Shown: in pieces, positions 13,600 through 26,839 of the stretch
Layout of the letters: each line of letters begins with the position of its first letter
How positions within the stretch are numbered: position 1 is the first letter of the stretch
Origin: Callorhinchus milii
Lineage: Eukaryota
Reading direction: 5' to 3'
DNA: 64,000 nt
NCBI RefSeq assembly: GCF_018977255.1
Contig: NW_024704742.1
Coordinates: 105,650,001-105,714,000, forward strand
Program-made: the position numbers and the translations under genes
Notes under the pieces: generated by a model
What the model was told of the DNA's origin: nothing
Seen by the model: only the letters and a program-made list of their open reading frames with translations
The model's database searches: none

Positions 13600-13920
13600 C
13601 AGTCCAATTGTTTGGTGGTCGGTGATGCCATCCTTCGGAAGAGACATTAAACCAATGGCATATCTGCCTGCTCAGATGGACATTCAAGATCCTATTGCAC
13701 TGGACAAAAAGAGAGGCGAGTTCCTCCTAATATCCTGGCCAGCAGTCCTCCAGATAAAAAAAATTGGACATTCACTTCATAACCATTTGTGGAAATTACT
13801 ATGTGCAAATTGGTTGTCGCATTTGCATACGAATACACAACCACTACTGCACTTTACAGAAAGTGCTTTGAAAATGTTTTGATGGTAAGGCACTATATCA
13901 AATGCAAGGATTAAAATAAC
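13600..13920 (+). mobile_element. SINE family A (Deu-like core plus L2-type tail), 5' truncated
   Basis: Core gatgccatccttcggaagagacattaaacc...gatcctattgcact followed by the shared tail. Confidence 0.7.
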
Positions 13921-14646
13921 TGAGGTCATCTGCTGTGAACACAAGTGGTAAATGGCTGAAATTCTTAAGTGTTTTAGAGAAGTATCTATCAATATATTAG
14001 TTGCCGCATGTGTGTGACTATCATTTGTATGTAGCATATGACAGATGTTCTCTGCACAACTCAAATGGAGTGAGTCACAGCGTGCATCTGTCAAGTTATT
14101 TAGATTGGTCTCGAGGTCATAACCCTGAATGTGTAATTAAAATTGTGCCGCCATAGGTTGCATTCACTGGGTCGAGAGACACGAGCCCTGATATAAAATT
14201 AGTTCCTTACTTAAATTAATTGAAATGCACACTGCTTGGTGCACAAGTCTGAAATATGTTAAAAGATATTCGTGTCTGGACTTGCTTTTTGCTAATATTA
14301 AATTGTAGTCTGGGTTATTGATTCCACTGCTTCAAGTGCAGATTGATATTCTGAAAGTGATTAAAGTCTATTTGAAACCGAGATGACTCCAACTTTAAAT
14401 TATCTTTTTTTAATCTGCAAGTGGGTTCTCGTAATCAACAGTGATAGGATGGATCATTATTTCTAAATTAGCACAGTCATATTCTGTCAATAGAATAAAA
14501 GGCCATCCACATTGTCTTGGCTTCTACTTCAATCCCAGCCACCAATGTGACTGTTCCCACTTTCCACATCACCCAATTTGAAGGCATCTCTGAGTAAAAT
14601 TCCCGATGATTTGTGGTTGATTTTTCACTATGAACGCATGGCACTA

Positions 14647-14858
14647 GGGTTCTGAAATTCCCCCCAGTCTTAGCCTGTAAGGCCATTTTAACTTAAAATT
14701 TAAGATCACACAGAATTGCGGAAAATTCTTAAATTCAGTCCTAATTTGAAAAGTCCTGAACAACTGAATTTCCTAACAATTTTCCACATTTCTGCACAAT
14801 CTTAAATTTAAAGACAAAATGCTCTTACAAGCTAAAGACTAGGTAAACGTTCCGACCG
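14647..14858. mobile_element. Palindromic MITE (about 210 bp), TA-flanked
   Basis: Left arm AGTCTTAGCCTGTAAGGCCATTTTAACTTAAAATTTAAGATCACACAGAATTGCGGAAAATT pairs with the right arm; TA on both flanks (14645-14646, 14859-14860). Confidence 0.7.
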
Positions 14859-15269
14859 TAAAGGCATTTAGAGCCAAGAGCACAGAGGAGAATATCATCA
14901 CAACAGTCTGGCTTGGATTTGACCTGAGATCCCAAGGTCAAAGATCAGTGCATTAACCCACTGTGCCAGCTAGGCCTCCGGATAGCCATTTATTAAAATA
15001 AATCTGATTTCATTCCAGTGTTTGTAACAAATAGCACTTGGAGCAGACTACATCCTGCTGCAATTCGTGAGGTCAATTTGCACTGAATTGCTGCTATTGA
15101 CTTAGACGCCATTTATTTTGGGCGTAATATTATGTCGGAATATTTATCCCTTGAAGGCAAATAAGCAGCACACATGTGAAAGAATATAAGATAATGGGAA
15201 ACAATGGCATTGTAAGTAAAGGGAACAGACATCACTGTGTCCCCATATTAAAAAAAACTTTGCATATCA

Positions 15270-15725
15270 ATAACAATTTACATTTATATAGCACCTTTCA
15301 TATTGGGAGAACGTCTCAAAACAATTCCCACAGCTGACTGGAACTCCGAGCTTGCGGGGTTGGGAGAAAGCCCAGAGGGGGAGAGTTAGAGGATAAAGTT
15401 ACCAAAAGAATCGTTGAAAAGATAGGTCTTAAGGCGGCTTCATTGTTGGGAAGGAGCAGGTGAGACTCTGGAATGGAGTTCCAGAGAGTGGGGGCAGAAT
15501 GGTTAAAAGCTAATCCCCCAATGCTGGGGTAGGTAAGGCATGAAGCAGACCAGTACTTGCTGAGCAGAGTGAGCAGCCGGGTGGTAGGGTTGCAGGAGGT
15601 CACAGAGGTAAGTGGGGTGGAGGGATTTAAACTTCAGGGTGAGGATCTTGAATTCGATCCCCTGGGGGATGGGGATCCAATGGAGCCAAGCGACAATGGA
15701 GGTGATGGACTCACTCACGGAACTA
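15270..15725 (-). mobile_element. L2 LINE 3' fragment
   Basis: LHWIPIPQGIEFKILTLKFKSLH and GGLAFNHSAPTLWNSIP motifs plus L2 tail. Confidence 0.8.
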
Positions 15726-17476
15726 AAATTTTGAATACTTCTATACAAGTATAGATGTCTCCTTTCAATACTCTTACAGCAACAGAATAAATAGAGGTCA
15801 CAGAGGTAGGTAGGGTAGAGGAGGAAGTACTTACCCAGGGTATCCCCATGGGAGTGTATCAATTTCATGTCATTTGGTGTCAGTCCGGGCAGTCTGTTTG
15901 TGGCTCTGAAACCTTGAGGGATGTGTGCACCGTCCCGACCAAAGGCATTGCCGGCCGGTTCCACAGTTACAACCACCAGCTTTTGGGTAAAACCATTTTA
16001 AATTAAAAGAGCCATGGAGGGGGAATGGGGCGGGGGACTTCTTTATCTCTCTGACCTTCTCATACCCTACTTCTTCCATCATCCTCTCTGCTCACCTGAC
16101 TCGGGCTTGTTGCCTCTCCACACCACCATAAGATCTTACATCTCAAACTGCTGGAACTGTCTCTGTTACTCAGTCTCGCGACCGTTCTTTCTATCCTTAA
16201 GTCCTATCTGAAATCCTACTTCTTCAAATGTGCCTATGGCCATCTTCCACCTCACAGCCTCCCTTGCTTGGCGTTTAAGCTTGTTCTTGGAAAGTACCTT
16301 ATGTGAGGGTTGCAAAATAATCTCTCAATGCAATTGACAAGTGTAGTGGTGGAAATAAGTCATCTAAAGTTGTTTTTCAAAGGCTCGGTTGAAGAGATAT
16401 ATTTCATGAGGTTTTTGAAGTTCTGTAGGAAAGATAACAAGACAGAGTAGTTTGGGGAGTTAGTTCCAGGAGCTCGCTGGCTGAACACTCAAATATCATT
16501 GATAGAGCGAAGGGATTGGGTGAAGACACCTGTCTCTATTCCAACGTCCATGAAGCCAGATTGTGACTAGAGAAAGATTCCTGTTGCCCAGGAGGTGCCC
16601 CAGCAGATTGGCCTCGGACACATCCCCCTTCCTACAGGACTTGCAAGTTAACAAATTTACAAGTATTGCAAACCAAACGTCAGTATTTAGATTTCATGAG
16701 ATTTCATGATGTCTCGTGCATTGGGTAAAATTCAGTAAAGCGTAAGTTTGTTATTCCAGATTAATGCAGTCAACCTCTTTAAGAATGTGCTATATTGTAT
16801 TAAATCCTTTTCAGTTTTCTGGAAATTATTGAAACTTGCCATTCATAAAGAATATTAATGTACGCTAGATGAACTCCTCCATAGTTTATTGGTCAATTCA
16901 CTGTGCAGTCATTACTGGTTTGGAGCCATACAGGCCAGAAAGATTCTGAATTTGGTTTGTGAGCTGTGCTGAGTTTGCCGATCTCAGGCCGGGCAGCTGC
17001 AAAAATGCTGCAACTGGTCTCAGTGAAATGCAAAAGGAATAGTCAGTCCATGTTCCCGTTTGCTATCCTTCGCCCCTTGTTTCAAGATATCCGGCATAGA
17101 CCATGTTAACCTCAACAGTGAGGTGCTCCATTTGTCATTTTTCCCCTGCTCCCCACAATACCCGCTGAGACCTACTAAGACTGACTGCCTCGGTTCCAGG
17201 CTCATAGCTAAAAAATGGCCATTTGTACGATGTGATTGTGTACTTTTATCCCAACATACCCAAAGAGGAAAGGAGACGATAATTGAGGGGAAAACTATAA
17301 ACTATAAATCGCCCACAAAATATAGTCACACCACTTTATATTATATCCAGTGAAGCGCTTCGGGGCATCTCAATCACGTGATAAATTGCTATATCAAATG
17401 CAAAAAAAATGATTGTAATATAAATTGTATTGGGCATTCAAAGGCATTCACTTACATTTTTAACTCTGTTTTAAAG

Positions 17477-17614
17477 GTGAACGAAGACACAGTGGAACGT
17501 CTAGTCCAGGAATATCCACATATTACATTCAGCACTGTGATGCAAGATTGCAAGCGGACACTAGAACGAGCCTATCAGATGGGCTGGATCCCCAACACAT
17601 CAACAGCATCCTAA
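17477..17614 (+). CDS. FBXL17: F-box/LRR-repeat protein 17, last coding exon (45 aa plus stop)
   Basis: Acceptor ttttaactctgttttaaAG at 17475-17476, phase 0; translates VNEDTVERLVQEYPHITFSTVMQDCKRTLERAYQMGWIPNTSTAS*, which I recognise as the vertebrate FBXL17 C-terminus; synteny with EFNA5 agrees. Upstream exons were not found in this window. Confidence 0.95.
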   Translation: MNEDTVERLVQEYPHITFSTVMQDCKRTLERAYQMGWIPNTSTAS

Positions 17615-20600
17615 TCTTCTGAAGAGTTGGCTATAAAAGCTCTTTGTGGTTATTGTAATTCTTATATACACTGATGTAAATAAGAGCCAGTGCAAAAAAA
17701 GTTACATACAGTAGACTTTCCAGGCGTTAAGTACAAAAGACCATACCGGTCCACTTTATGTTCCTGTCTATGCCCTTTTTAAGGTTGGAATCATGGATTT
17801 TCAAATATCCATGCAAGGATTTTTTAAAAAAAATAATGATAATTGGAAGGGGGAGCATTTTATGGTCTGTAGCCCAGAGTAATTTTTATCTTTTTTATTT
17901 TATGAATCATCCAGTATTTTCTTTTCTGAAATGATTGTTAAGAAAGTTTAAAGTAAAAAAAACTCTCCCTTTTACTTTCTTTCTTCTACGTCAGGTTTGG
18001 TGCTGTATCTGAAGCTCCTAAAATCTGTAATTTCTTTTCAGGTGTGACAATGATCTACCACACTTATCTGGTTCTGCTCCTGTTCAGCTGCTCCTCTTTG
18101 AAATCATCTCCATTAAGATTACATCTAATTTAGGATAAGCTTGGTTAAAAATCTGAAATCATTTTTATTAAGCTTCATTCATCCTTGATAAAATCAATTA
18201 TTGCTGAAGATCAAGACTAGCAATGATTCTGTTAAGATTTCGCTGCAGTCAGAACCAATAGAGGATTTTTTTCTCCCCTAAGAAATTGTGCAGACTTTTA
18301 ACTGTTGCCAACATGAGCAACAATGTCTGACTTGTACTTTGCTACCGTTTGTATGTCCTTTTTCTAAACACATAGTTGAGACTTGCTTGTGTAAGACATA
18401 CGTTTTCTAATACGGTTAAAGCAAAATAAAGTGAACTTTTGGCAGTTTAAATCATTTGATTGTCAGTGTAAATATCACCCCTGCACACTTTGCTAGTTCA
18501 GTAGCAAAGAAATGTTTGGAAAGATAATAGTTCAGGATTTTCAGAAAAAACACCGTATTATTGTGCGTTACTTAATGTTTGTCATTAAATAACATCTCCA
18601 GTGCTAAACTAAGCAAAGTTATGTTGTGTTTTACATTGAAAAGCCTGGAAATCCAATATTCCAACCTTTAATATTCAGCAGCAGAGATTTACGTTCAGAA
18701 CATACAATAACTGCACACTGATTTCTCATTTGTAACTGGTAGCTGATGCTGAACTGCTGCAGAATAGACATGCTATCAGATGTGTGTGTATATAACAGAG
18801 ACAATACACAGTTTTTGAGACTTTATGAATTCAAAAATAATAGGGTGTAAATCTTTTTACAGGAAAATCTAGGGATCTGGAAGAGGACATTACGTGTGTG
18901 TGTGTTTTAAGATATATATTGTAGTTTTTTTTGAAGTACCACTTGCACCAGCCATGAAAATCAGTTTCTTTCACGTTCATGACTGTACAAAAAATTAGTG
19001 GAAGGCATGAAGGAAAGAAAGGTAATTTAAGTGATGTTTGGTAAATGCCCCCTTTGAGAGTCGAGGCAGTAATTGAACAGATTAAGATAACTGACAGTAG
19101 CTGCACAGTGAGTCTAACTGGAGGTCTCTGTGGGTCGTGTCTCAGATCCTGTGCAGACACGTTAAACAAGTTTGTCAATTTTCCATTAGATTGATTTTTC
19201 TCACAAGTCTGGAAGAGTTGTCTCATTTTCTCTTTTGAGAGGCAACAGTTTTCCCAATATTGTGCCTTTCTGTTTAAAACCACATTGGGACGAGCGAAAA
19301 AAAATTGGAGTTTTTAGCTGATTGAAAGTGATGATCCTTTTGTTTTCGAATGTGAACTGAACAGTGTTGCAGTTAAAAGGCTTTTAACCCTTCAGTAGCA
19401 CTTTTGCATGGGAAGTACAGTAGGTCTAGCACCATTCTGTTAATCAATCAGAAACTTCTGCTGAGTAAGAATGTGGAATGCTCCATGATTTCCATGTATC
19501 GGATCAAATTATCTAAAATATACATATAAAGGTGTTTTTTATATAATCCCAGAAATATGCACATTTTGAACAATGCTAATAAAATTCGCTCCCCCTCTCC
19601 CCATACCAGCCCTCCATTACAAAGCCCTCTTGAAAGAGTGTGTCTTTTAACTTTTTAAAATGTCCATTTCTTCGTCCGAAGAATATATATTTTAAATAAA
19701 TGTTGTGTATCCATCCTGCCTGTACCATCACAGCAGGCAATTCTCTATTGCCTGCAAATGACATGAAGCATTCCCCATTCTTTGTGCTCTGCTTCCTAAT
19801 GTGCCCTTTCTTTGCTTCCCTCTGCTTTATCACTTTATCAATGCTGCAAGGTAAACACTACAGCATGCACTGCAATACTGATGGCTGAGCTGATGCAGAG
19901 ACCAGCTGGGGTCTACCATTAGCTTTAATCTCCAAGCTGTATACAGAACGTGCACCAGATAGCCCAACAATGACTGTATGTTACCAAACAAATTGTTTGT
20001 TGCCCGTTGAGATTCTTTAGGGAGTGATTCTCCTATCTATCGTTGATAAATAATGGGAAAATCCTATTGTAAGCTCACATCAAGATCAGTAAATTTTATT
20101 TAAATTTAGAGAGTACTGTAATATTATGATTGAATAATGTTTGTCAGATTGGTGTCCCTGCCATTCATTCCCAGACTGAAGTTAGTCTTAACAAACCTCA
20201 AGGGAGACTTGAGAGCTGAGCATATTTGCTTCCCCACCCCACAGAGAGAAGAGGATATAAGCACCTGAAATACTTAATGTTATGTGTGCAGATTAACACA
20301 TAGCAAAATATATAGATGAACGGACTAACTGTTAAGGAACAGGATAGAAGTCTGTTAAGAAAAAGTATAGATAGAGATGATCGAATGTTGTGTAGAAGGT
20401 GATATTCCTGAATTGCTGGGATTGTGGGAAGCAGTCAGGAGTAAATAACACAGGATTTATGGTTTGATAGATAGGTTGTGGAGTTTTGCTTGATTGAATT
20501 TTGGGAGAGGAGCAGGGAGCTATTTTGCAAATCCTTCTCAGGAGATTAAATGGGTTTGGTGGAGTCTGTGATAAATTGGAATTGTACACGATCTATGGAA

Positions 20601-20900
20601 GATACAGGATGGATGGGGCCAAATGCTTTTTTTCTCGTTCCATACTTTATGTTCTTAACAAACCCTGAATTTCCAAGTGACTCTCTCAGGCATTTTGTTA
20701 ACAATAAAGGCTTGTTTTTTCCTATGGTGTGTTAAATTTGGTTTCTTTCAATGATGTGTTTGCTGAAAAGAGTTGTTTAATGTCTCTTGCCTAAATCACA
20801 GTCAGACATAAACAAGTTGAACAAAATACATGATCGTGAAATCTTTTTCCAGTCTGTTACATGAAGACTGTTTAATAAATGTACGATTTTAAGAAAAGCA
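17615..20900 (+). promoter_or_regulatory. FBXL17: FBXL17 3' UTR with candidate alternative polyadenylation signals
   Basis: AT-rich and repeat-poor stretch after the stop codon; AATAAA at 18425, 19578, 19695, 20703 and 20874. True 3' end cannot be fixed from sequence. Confidence 0.6.
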
Positions 20901-21134
20901 CCTCTAGGAGGATTTGTATCCTTGTGCTAATTTCACCATGTCACCATGAGGGGAATTTACGGCTGGAATAGGTTGTCAGGAATGGTGAGCGAGGCTAGGA
21001 CTCTGGATTTCATGTAAGAAATGAGAGTATGTTAGGCTGGGTATTAATAATAATAATCATCATAATAATAATCTCAGTACTGGTGCTGTTTATGCACCCT
21101 TTATGGAAAATCAATGAGGTACAAGACACTTACT

Positions 21135-22255
21135 ATAATAATAATAATAATCCTTGCATTTGATATAGCGCTTTTCACGTCGGGAGGACGTCCCAAAGCG
21201 CTTCACAGAACACACTGTAAAGTGAATTGACTGTATATTTGTGGGCGAACGCGGCAGCCAATTGCACACAGCTATGTCCCACAAACATTTGAAGCAGCCA
21301 CTTACCACATTGTTGAGATATCTCAAAGTACTTCACAGGGTATTCTCCAAAGTGATATGGCTGTTTGTATTTTGTGGGCTAATGCAGCAGCCAATTTGCA
21401 CATAGCAATATCCCACAACCAGCCATGGAGGGAATGAGCAATTTTATTTGGGAGATTGTTGGTTAGGACACCGGAAGAAACTCCTTTCTCTTTTCAAATA
21501 GTGCCATGGGATCTTTTAATGTCCACATGGACAGGCAATAAACAACAACTTGCATTTATATAGCTCCCTTTACAGGGGGTAGCTTCCCGGAGCACTGGTT
21601 AAAATTAAACCCTTTTTAATTACAGCTTCCCTAAAGGGGAGTTTTTCTATCCTGGATTTTATTTGCTCAGTCTGACACACACAGAAACTCATTGCCATGC
21701 TCAAAAGTATCGAAACCAACAACAACAACAACAACAAGATTCCACTTATAGAGCGCCTTTCACGTCAGGAGGACGTCCCAAGGCGCTGCACAGTTGGGTC
21801 ATGACCCGAGCAGGGGGGAAATGGTCAGGGTGAGGGGAGGGAAGGGAGGGAGAGAGGAGGGGGGAAATGGTCAGGGTGAGGGGAGGGAAGGGAGGGAGCG
21901 AGGAGGAGGAAGAGAGTCGAGAGGGGAGCTGAAGGCACGGTCAAAGAGAAAGGTTTTGAGACCGGCCTTGAAGGAGGAAAGGGAGGAAGCAAGGCGAAGG
22001 CACTGGGGGATGGAGTTCCAGAGCTGAGAGTGAGAGTTTCATATAATAATAATAATCTTTGCATTTGATATAGCGCTTTTCACGTCGGGAGAACGTCCCA
22101 AAGTGCTTCACAGAACACACTGTAAAGTGAATTGACTGTATATTTGTGGGCAAACGCGGCAGCCAATTGCACACAGCAATGTCCCACAAACAGTCGTAGA
22201 TTGAAAATGACCAATTTATTATTGTTTTGGTTTTTTTTTTGGAGGGATTATTATG
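21135..22255 (-). mobile_element. Cluster of SINE tails and an L2 3' fragment (21715-22025)
   Basis: Shared SINE tail at 21135-21290, 21310-21540 and 22042-22255; L2 tail with (CAA)n at about 21717. Confidence 0.75.
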
Positions 22256-23564
22256 AATGAATAATAAATGAATAGGTGCAGATTGGCAAGAACTTGAGGA
22301 CCCTAGAGTGCATGTTGGGTACTGCTGGAATTGAACCATCTAAATATCACATAGCTTGCCATTGTGAACACTGTCTGGTAAGCTTCCTGCTGCTTGTCCG
22401 GCTAAAACCATCCTACCTACCAGGACTTTAGTTTGCAGGGTTAACAGGCCCCATGTGAGAAAAATCCCTGACTCCAGAGTTTACTCCTACAAGGATGCCA
22501 ACACACCAGCCCGGCCAGTCTGTCATCAGCAGGAGTACTGCACAGCCATCTGACTCAGGAACTAAACTTCCGAGACCGCCATAAGCAATTGACTCGATTC
22601 CAACATTCAGTTGCCAAACACTTCATCTTGGAGCCAGCTCAGCACCAGCCAGACTCCATTTACTTTCTCCCCCCAACCCCCAAGAAGGATAGTAGCAGTT
22701 GAATGTGCCAAGAGGGGAAGTGTAGAGCTGAGGCTGGTGCTTCCCTATAGGAGGAGGAACAATTTGATGGCAAGTTGCCCTGGTCCATTCTTAGGCATTT
22801 CCAAGGGGAAAATCACAAAGATACATGAGCAAGGGTCACATAGCATGATTTTTAAGTTCTTTCCAGCCTCTCAGCCAAGAATAGCATCAGGAAAGAACCT
22901 GAAACAAAAAGGCCAATCTCCCTTTAGCTTACAGCTGTTGGCATACTTGTGGGAGTAAACTCTGTATTCCAGGGTGTCGATTGAAATTTAGAGATTGCTG
23001 CAGATTCTGTGCCTTCATGTTTCTACACCCCGAACATAGACATAGACAAAATGCATGAAGATTTCATTTCCTTCCAATTTCTTTCTGCTTTTTTTTCCAT
23101 CTGCAACTTCCTCTTCTCAAATGGTCATTACAGGGTACCTCGGAATCAGGTGGTGGGCAAGTGGCTGACACACAAAAGGTACATGAGCGTGCCATGGGGT
23201 GCTTCTCTCACCTTCCACTTGTGTGATCCTCTGCCAGCACTTACGTGGTTGGTAGGTGCTCTGAGGGCACCAGCATTTTGCTGATCTAACACATCTGTCA
23301 CTACCCTCCCTGTTTGACATTTAATCTTTGAAAAAATCTGCGATTATCAAGATCAGAGATACCATTACTATTGAATGGAACACCTTTTCCCCTTTTTTCA
23401 ATCACAAACTCTGCCCAGCAAAGCTACATCAGTACCAGATATTGAGTACAATTCTCTCTGCTTTGCCCTGACAGTGAACTTTAGCCCCAGTCTCAGAAGA
23501 GTACCAGCCTCACCAATATAAATATAAATGTTGCTCCTTCCCTCACCAAAGCATCCTCATTGCT

Positions 23565-23782
23565 TTTCAGAGTGATAAAGGTAATGCCGTAGATATGGTA
23601 AATAGTAGGTTTGTTTGAAAAAAATTAAGGTGTGTGGTATTAATGGAAAAGTGGCAGCATGAATTGAAGGTTGGTAAAAGTATCGTAAATAGTGAGGTTA
23701 CATAGTTGTTATTCGGAATGGAGAGATGTAAATAGTGAGCCATGTCAGGAACACTGGTCTCTCCATTTATATGAATCATCTA
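23565..23782 (+). mobile_element. Degraded CR1 RT fragment
   Basis: DKGNAVDMV... and GIN.KVAA.I..W...K.R remnants co-linear with 35964-36230. Confidence 0.55.
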
Positions 23783-24790
23783 CAGCCACCTGCCTGAGGC
23801 TTTGTCTGTGCAGCTGCCTGAGACTGTGCCTGGAGCCCCACTATGCAGGCAACAAATACCGCTACGTGCTGGGCTTCTACCTGTACCCGGTGCCAAGAAG
23901 GGTTGGTCTGGCAGAACCGCCTCGAAACGTTCCACAGAGTTGGAGCGTGCCAAACCTCCTATCCTATGTTGAGAAATTCCTGAAGAACACCATCCCTGAC
24001 CCCCACAAAATCACTGAGTTTCCACGCAGCAGGTAAGGGAGAGAGGGCAGACCCGATCGGGAGCTACCCTGCTGCGACAGCCAGCAACATCTGGCAAAAC
24101 GCCTCGTCACCGGCCCTGATCAACAACCATCAGGACATGGCCTGGCTGGCGATGAAAGGGGCCTTTCCCCTCAGGGCTTTCATGCACAGTCAAGGTTTGG
24201 GCCAGTCAGCACGTTGCCCTCGGGCCGGCTGCAGAGGCCAGGAGACTGTGGACCACCTCTTCCTGGAGTGTTGTTTCACAAAGGCGGTTTAGAAAAAGAT
24301 GGAATGGATTCTCTCGTGGTTCGTCCCTGGGGACCCGCTGTCACGGCACTCAGTCTCTTCCTCGGCCTGTTCCCGGGCACTCACAGCGAAACCCACATCG
24401 AGTGTGCCTGGAGGATCATAAACTCGGTAAAGGAGGCCCTTTGGCACTCCCGAAACCAGCTGTTCTTCTGGCAAAACGAGGGGACTTGAGGGCCTGCCTC
24501 AGGCTCACGCACGCTAGGATCAGGGACTATATACTGAGGAACAAGCTAAAGTTCGGCTCAACTGTGGCAAAGGCCAGATGGGGACTAACGCCGGCAGGAG
24601 CCGCTTTGGCACAACCCGCTCAGGATGCACCCAAAACTGAAGGACGCTCAAGATGTAACCAAAGAGCATCACAAAAATGTATTTACGGTAAACGTGCGTA
24701 TCGTGCACATCGGGGCACCTTCCAAAAGCGCCAAGTGCACCTTATCAGAAAAAGAAAATCATCTACATGTGATATGAGGGGTATAATTTC
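23783..24790 (+). mobile_element. Tx1/L1-clade non-LTR retrotransposon, 3' part of ORF2 with CCHC zinc finger, degraded
   Basis: Frames give CLRLCLEPHYAGNKYRYVLGFYL..., IWQNASSPALINNHQDMAWL, RCPRAGCRGQETVDHLFLEC, WRIINSVKEALWHSRNQL; stops and frameshifts present. Confidence 0.85.
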
Positions 24791-24799
24791 TAAACAATA

Positions 24800-25045
24800 A
24801 TGAATTGGTCATTTCAATCTACGACTATTTGTGGGACATTGCTGTGCGCAATTGGCTGCCGCATTCTCCCACAAATATATACAGTCAATTCACTTTACAG
24901 TGTGTTCTGTGAAGCACTTTGGGACGTCCTCCCGATGTGAAAAGTGCTATATCAAATGCAAGGATTATTATTATTATTATTAAGTTTGAAGATGACACAA
25001 AATAATATTAATAATCCTTGCATTTGAAATAGCACCTTATCACAC
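24800..25045. mobile_element. SINE tail (+, 24800-24980) followed by an opposite-orientation tail remnant
   Basis: Shared tail ending (ATT)n, then aataatccttgcatttgaaatagcacc at about 25010. Confidence 0.75.
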
Positions 25046-25249
25046 CTTTGACTCATTCCCTTCCTTGTTCTTCCCCGTTCCTCAGCCCCTTCACTGATTG
25101 ACAGCCCAACTCCAGCCGCTTGTGAATGGCTGGAGTCGCCTGTCATTTGCAATTCAACTCCTCCCAACTATATTCTGGAGTTCTTCATGGTTGAAGGCTC
25201 CATACACAGAAGGCATTTTGCTCTGATGAACCGGATTTTCATCCGAATT

Positions 25250-25527
25250 AACAGGCATATTTAAGACAGGTTAGAATACAAATGAATTGGGGCCGGGGGT
25301 TTTGTTCGCGGATTCCATTGCATTAGATGTGGAATGCCCTGCCGGGAGCAGTGGTCAAGGCAGAATCCATATTAGCTTTCAAGAGGCAACTGGATAGATA
25401 TCTAAAAAAAGTAATTTGAAGGGGCCATGGGGAAAATGCAAGTAAGTGAAACTGAATTATTGTTGTTTCAAAGAGTCAGCACAGACACAAAGCCTTCTTC
25501 TGTGCTGTAAAGTTCTATGGATTTATG
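25250..25527 (+). mobile_element. CR1 3' end fragment
   Basis: tggaatgccctgccggga...gcagaatccatattagctttcaagaggcaactggataga and tail tctgtgctgtaaagttctatg. Confidence 0.7.
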
Positions 25528-26839
25528 ACCAACCTAGTGTTACCTTGTGATGCATTGTAGGTTGATCTATACAGTGGTACAGAATGGCTCTGCTCCTGTT
25601 GTTAAATTGCCCAGCTTGTTTCACATAGGAATCTTACAACCAGAAGAAAGGAGATGCTTTCATCCAATTTAATTTTGTTGCATTCAAAAACAAATGCCAG
25701 AGGCCACTGGCATGTTACAGCTAATGCTGACTGTGATTAGTTAAGTCAGAACTGACTGGAATTGGAACCAGCAACTTTCTGGTATGTATAACTTTGTGAC
25801 TTTAACCATTAGGTCATTGGGGAATGTATATTTGCTGACTATGCCACCCATTTTCCCCGGGGCAACAATATTTTATTGCTACTCAATTGTATTCCTGGTC
25901 TGCATCATATCATAAAATATTTCTGTTATAATTGGGTGTGGTTAAGGTTAAGAAGAGTATTAGGTTAGAAGTGTACTTAGAAGTGATCAAATACTCAGTA
26001 AAACACTATTATTCCTGGCCTTTTGGGACGATGGAAATATGTAGAATGTAAATTGCCCTATTCATTCATCCTGCAGTGATTCTAACATTGCCAAATTGCA
26101 TTGTTTAAACCTAGTATTTATATGTGTTGCGTGGAATAGCTGCATTTTTAAAAATTCTTCCATCTCCACTGGGTGCAAACCAGCAATTTGTGACACTTTC
26201 TGCTAAAAGCGAAATAACTTATGTTTTGTATTGAACTGTCTCCAGGCGTAACCAGCAGGGTTTCCAGATCAGTACCAAATCGCTGTGGGTTCCAGATTCA
26301 TTCTCAGGTAACATATGGAGCAGAAATCTCAGCTGATATTCACCACAGTGGTTTCATCTCAATTCTAGGCTCATGTTTGGTTGGCTCAGTATCAGGCTAC
26401 AGGGGGTTGTTTTTGCCCTCAAAGCTCCACAGAGTACCCTCATTTGCTGCGTGCTGTGACTGATTGGATAGCATCAAATAAGACCAACTTCAATCCCCAC
26501 AAATCCAATTTTGCATTGTTAGAATGTAAATTATATGAATAATCTCCATGAGCACAACCCATCTGCACCTATGATGGTAGGACAAATAGCATTACTTCAT
26601 GAAGTTGTGGAGAAGCAATCGAATTAATGTAAAACCACCGGATGAATATCATTTGTGATTGGCGGAAAACATATTTGCGCATTTTTTTGGATTTTTTTTT
26701 GGAGATAGTTATAAATCCCTTTTTTAGGTTGAGATAAGATTTGACTTTTGAAGATAAGGTTGGAAAATGATGTAATCCTGACCAACATTTCCACTTTGGA
26801 AGACACTGCAAACAGTGCTTATGTGTCTGAAATATACTT

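Noticed and set aside
17378..17476. 5' part of the 78-aa ORF 17378-17614 as coding sequence
   Set aside because: Lies upstream of the splice acceptor and overlaps a SINE tail; only 17477 onward matches FBXL17.
1..17476. Additional FBXL17 coding exons
   Set aside because: No leucine-rich-repeat exon with splice sites found by eye; the preceding exon probably lies upstream of the window.
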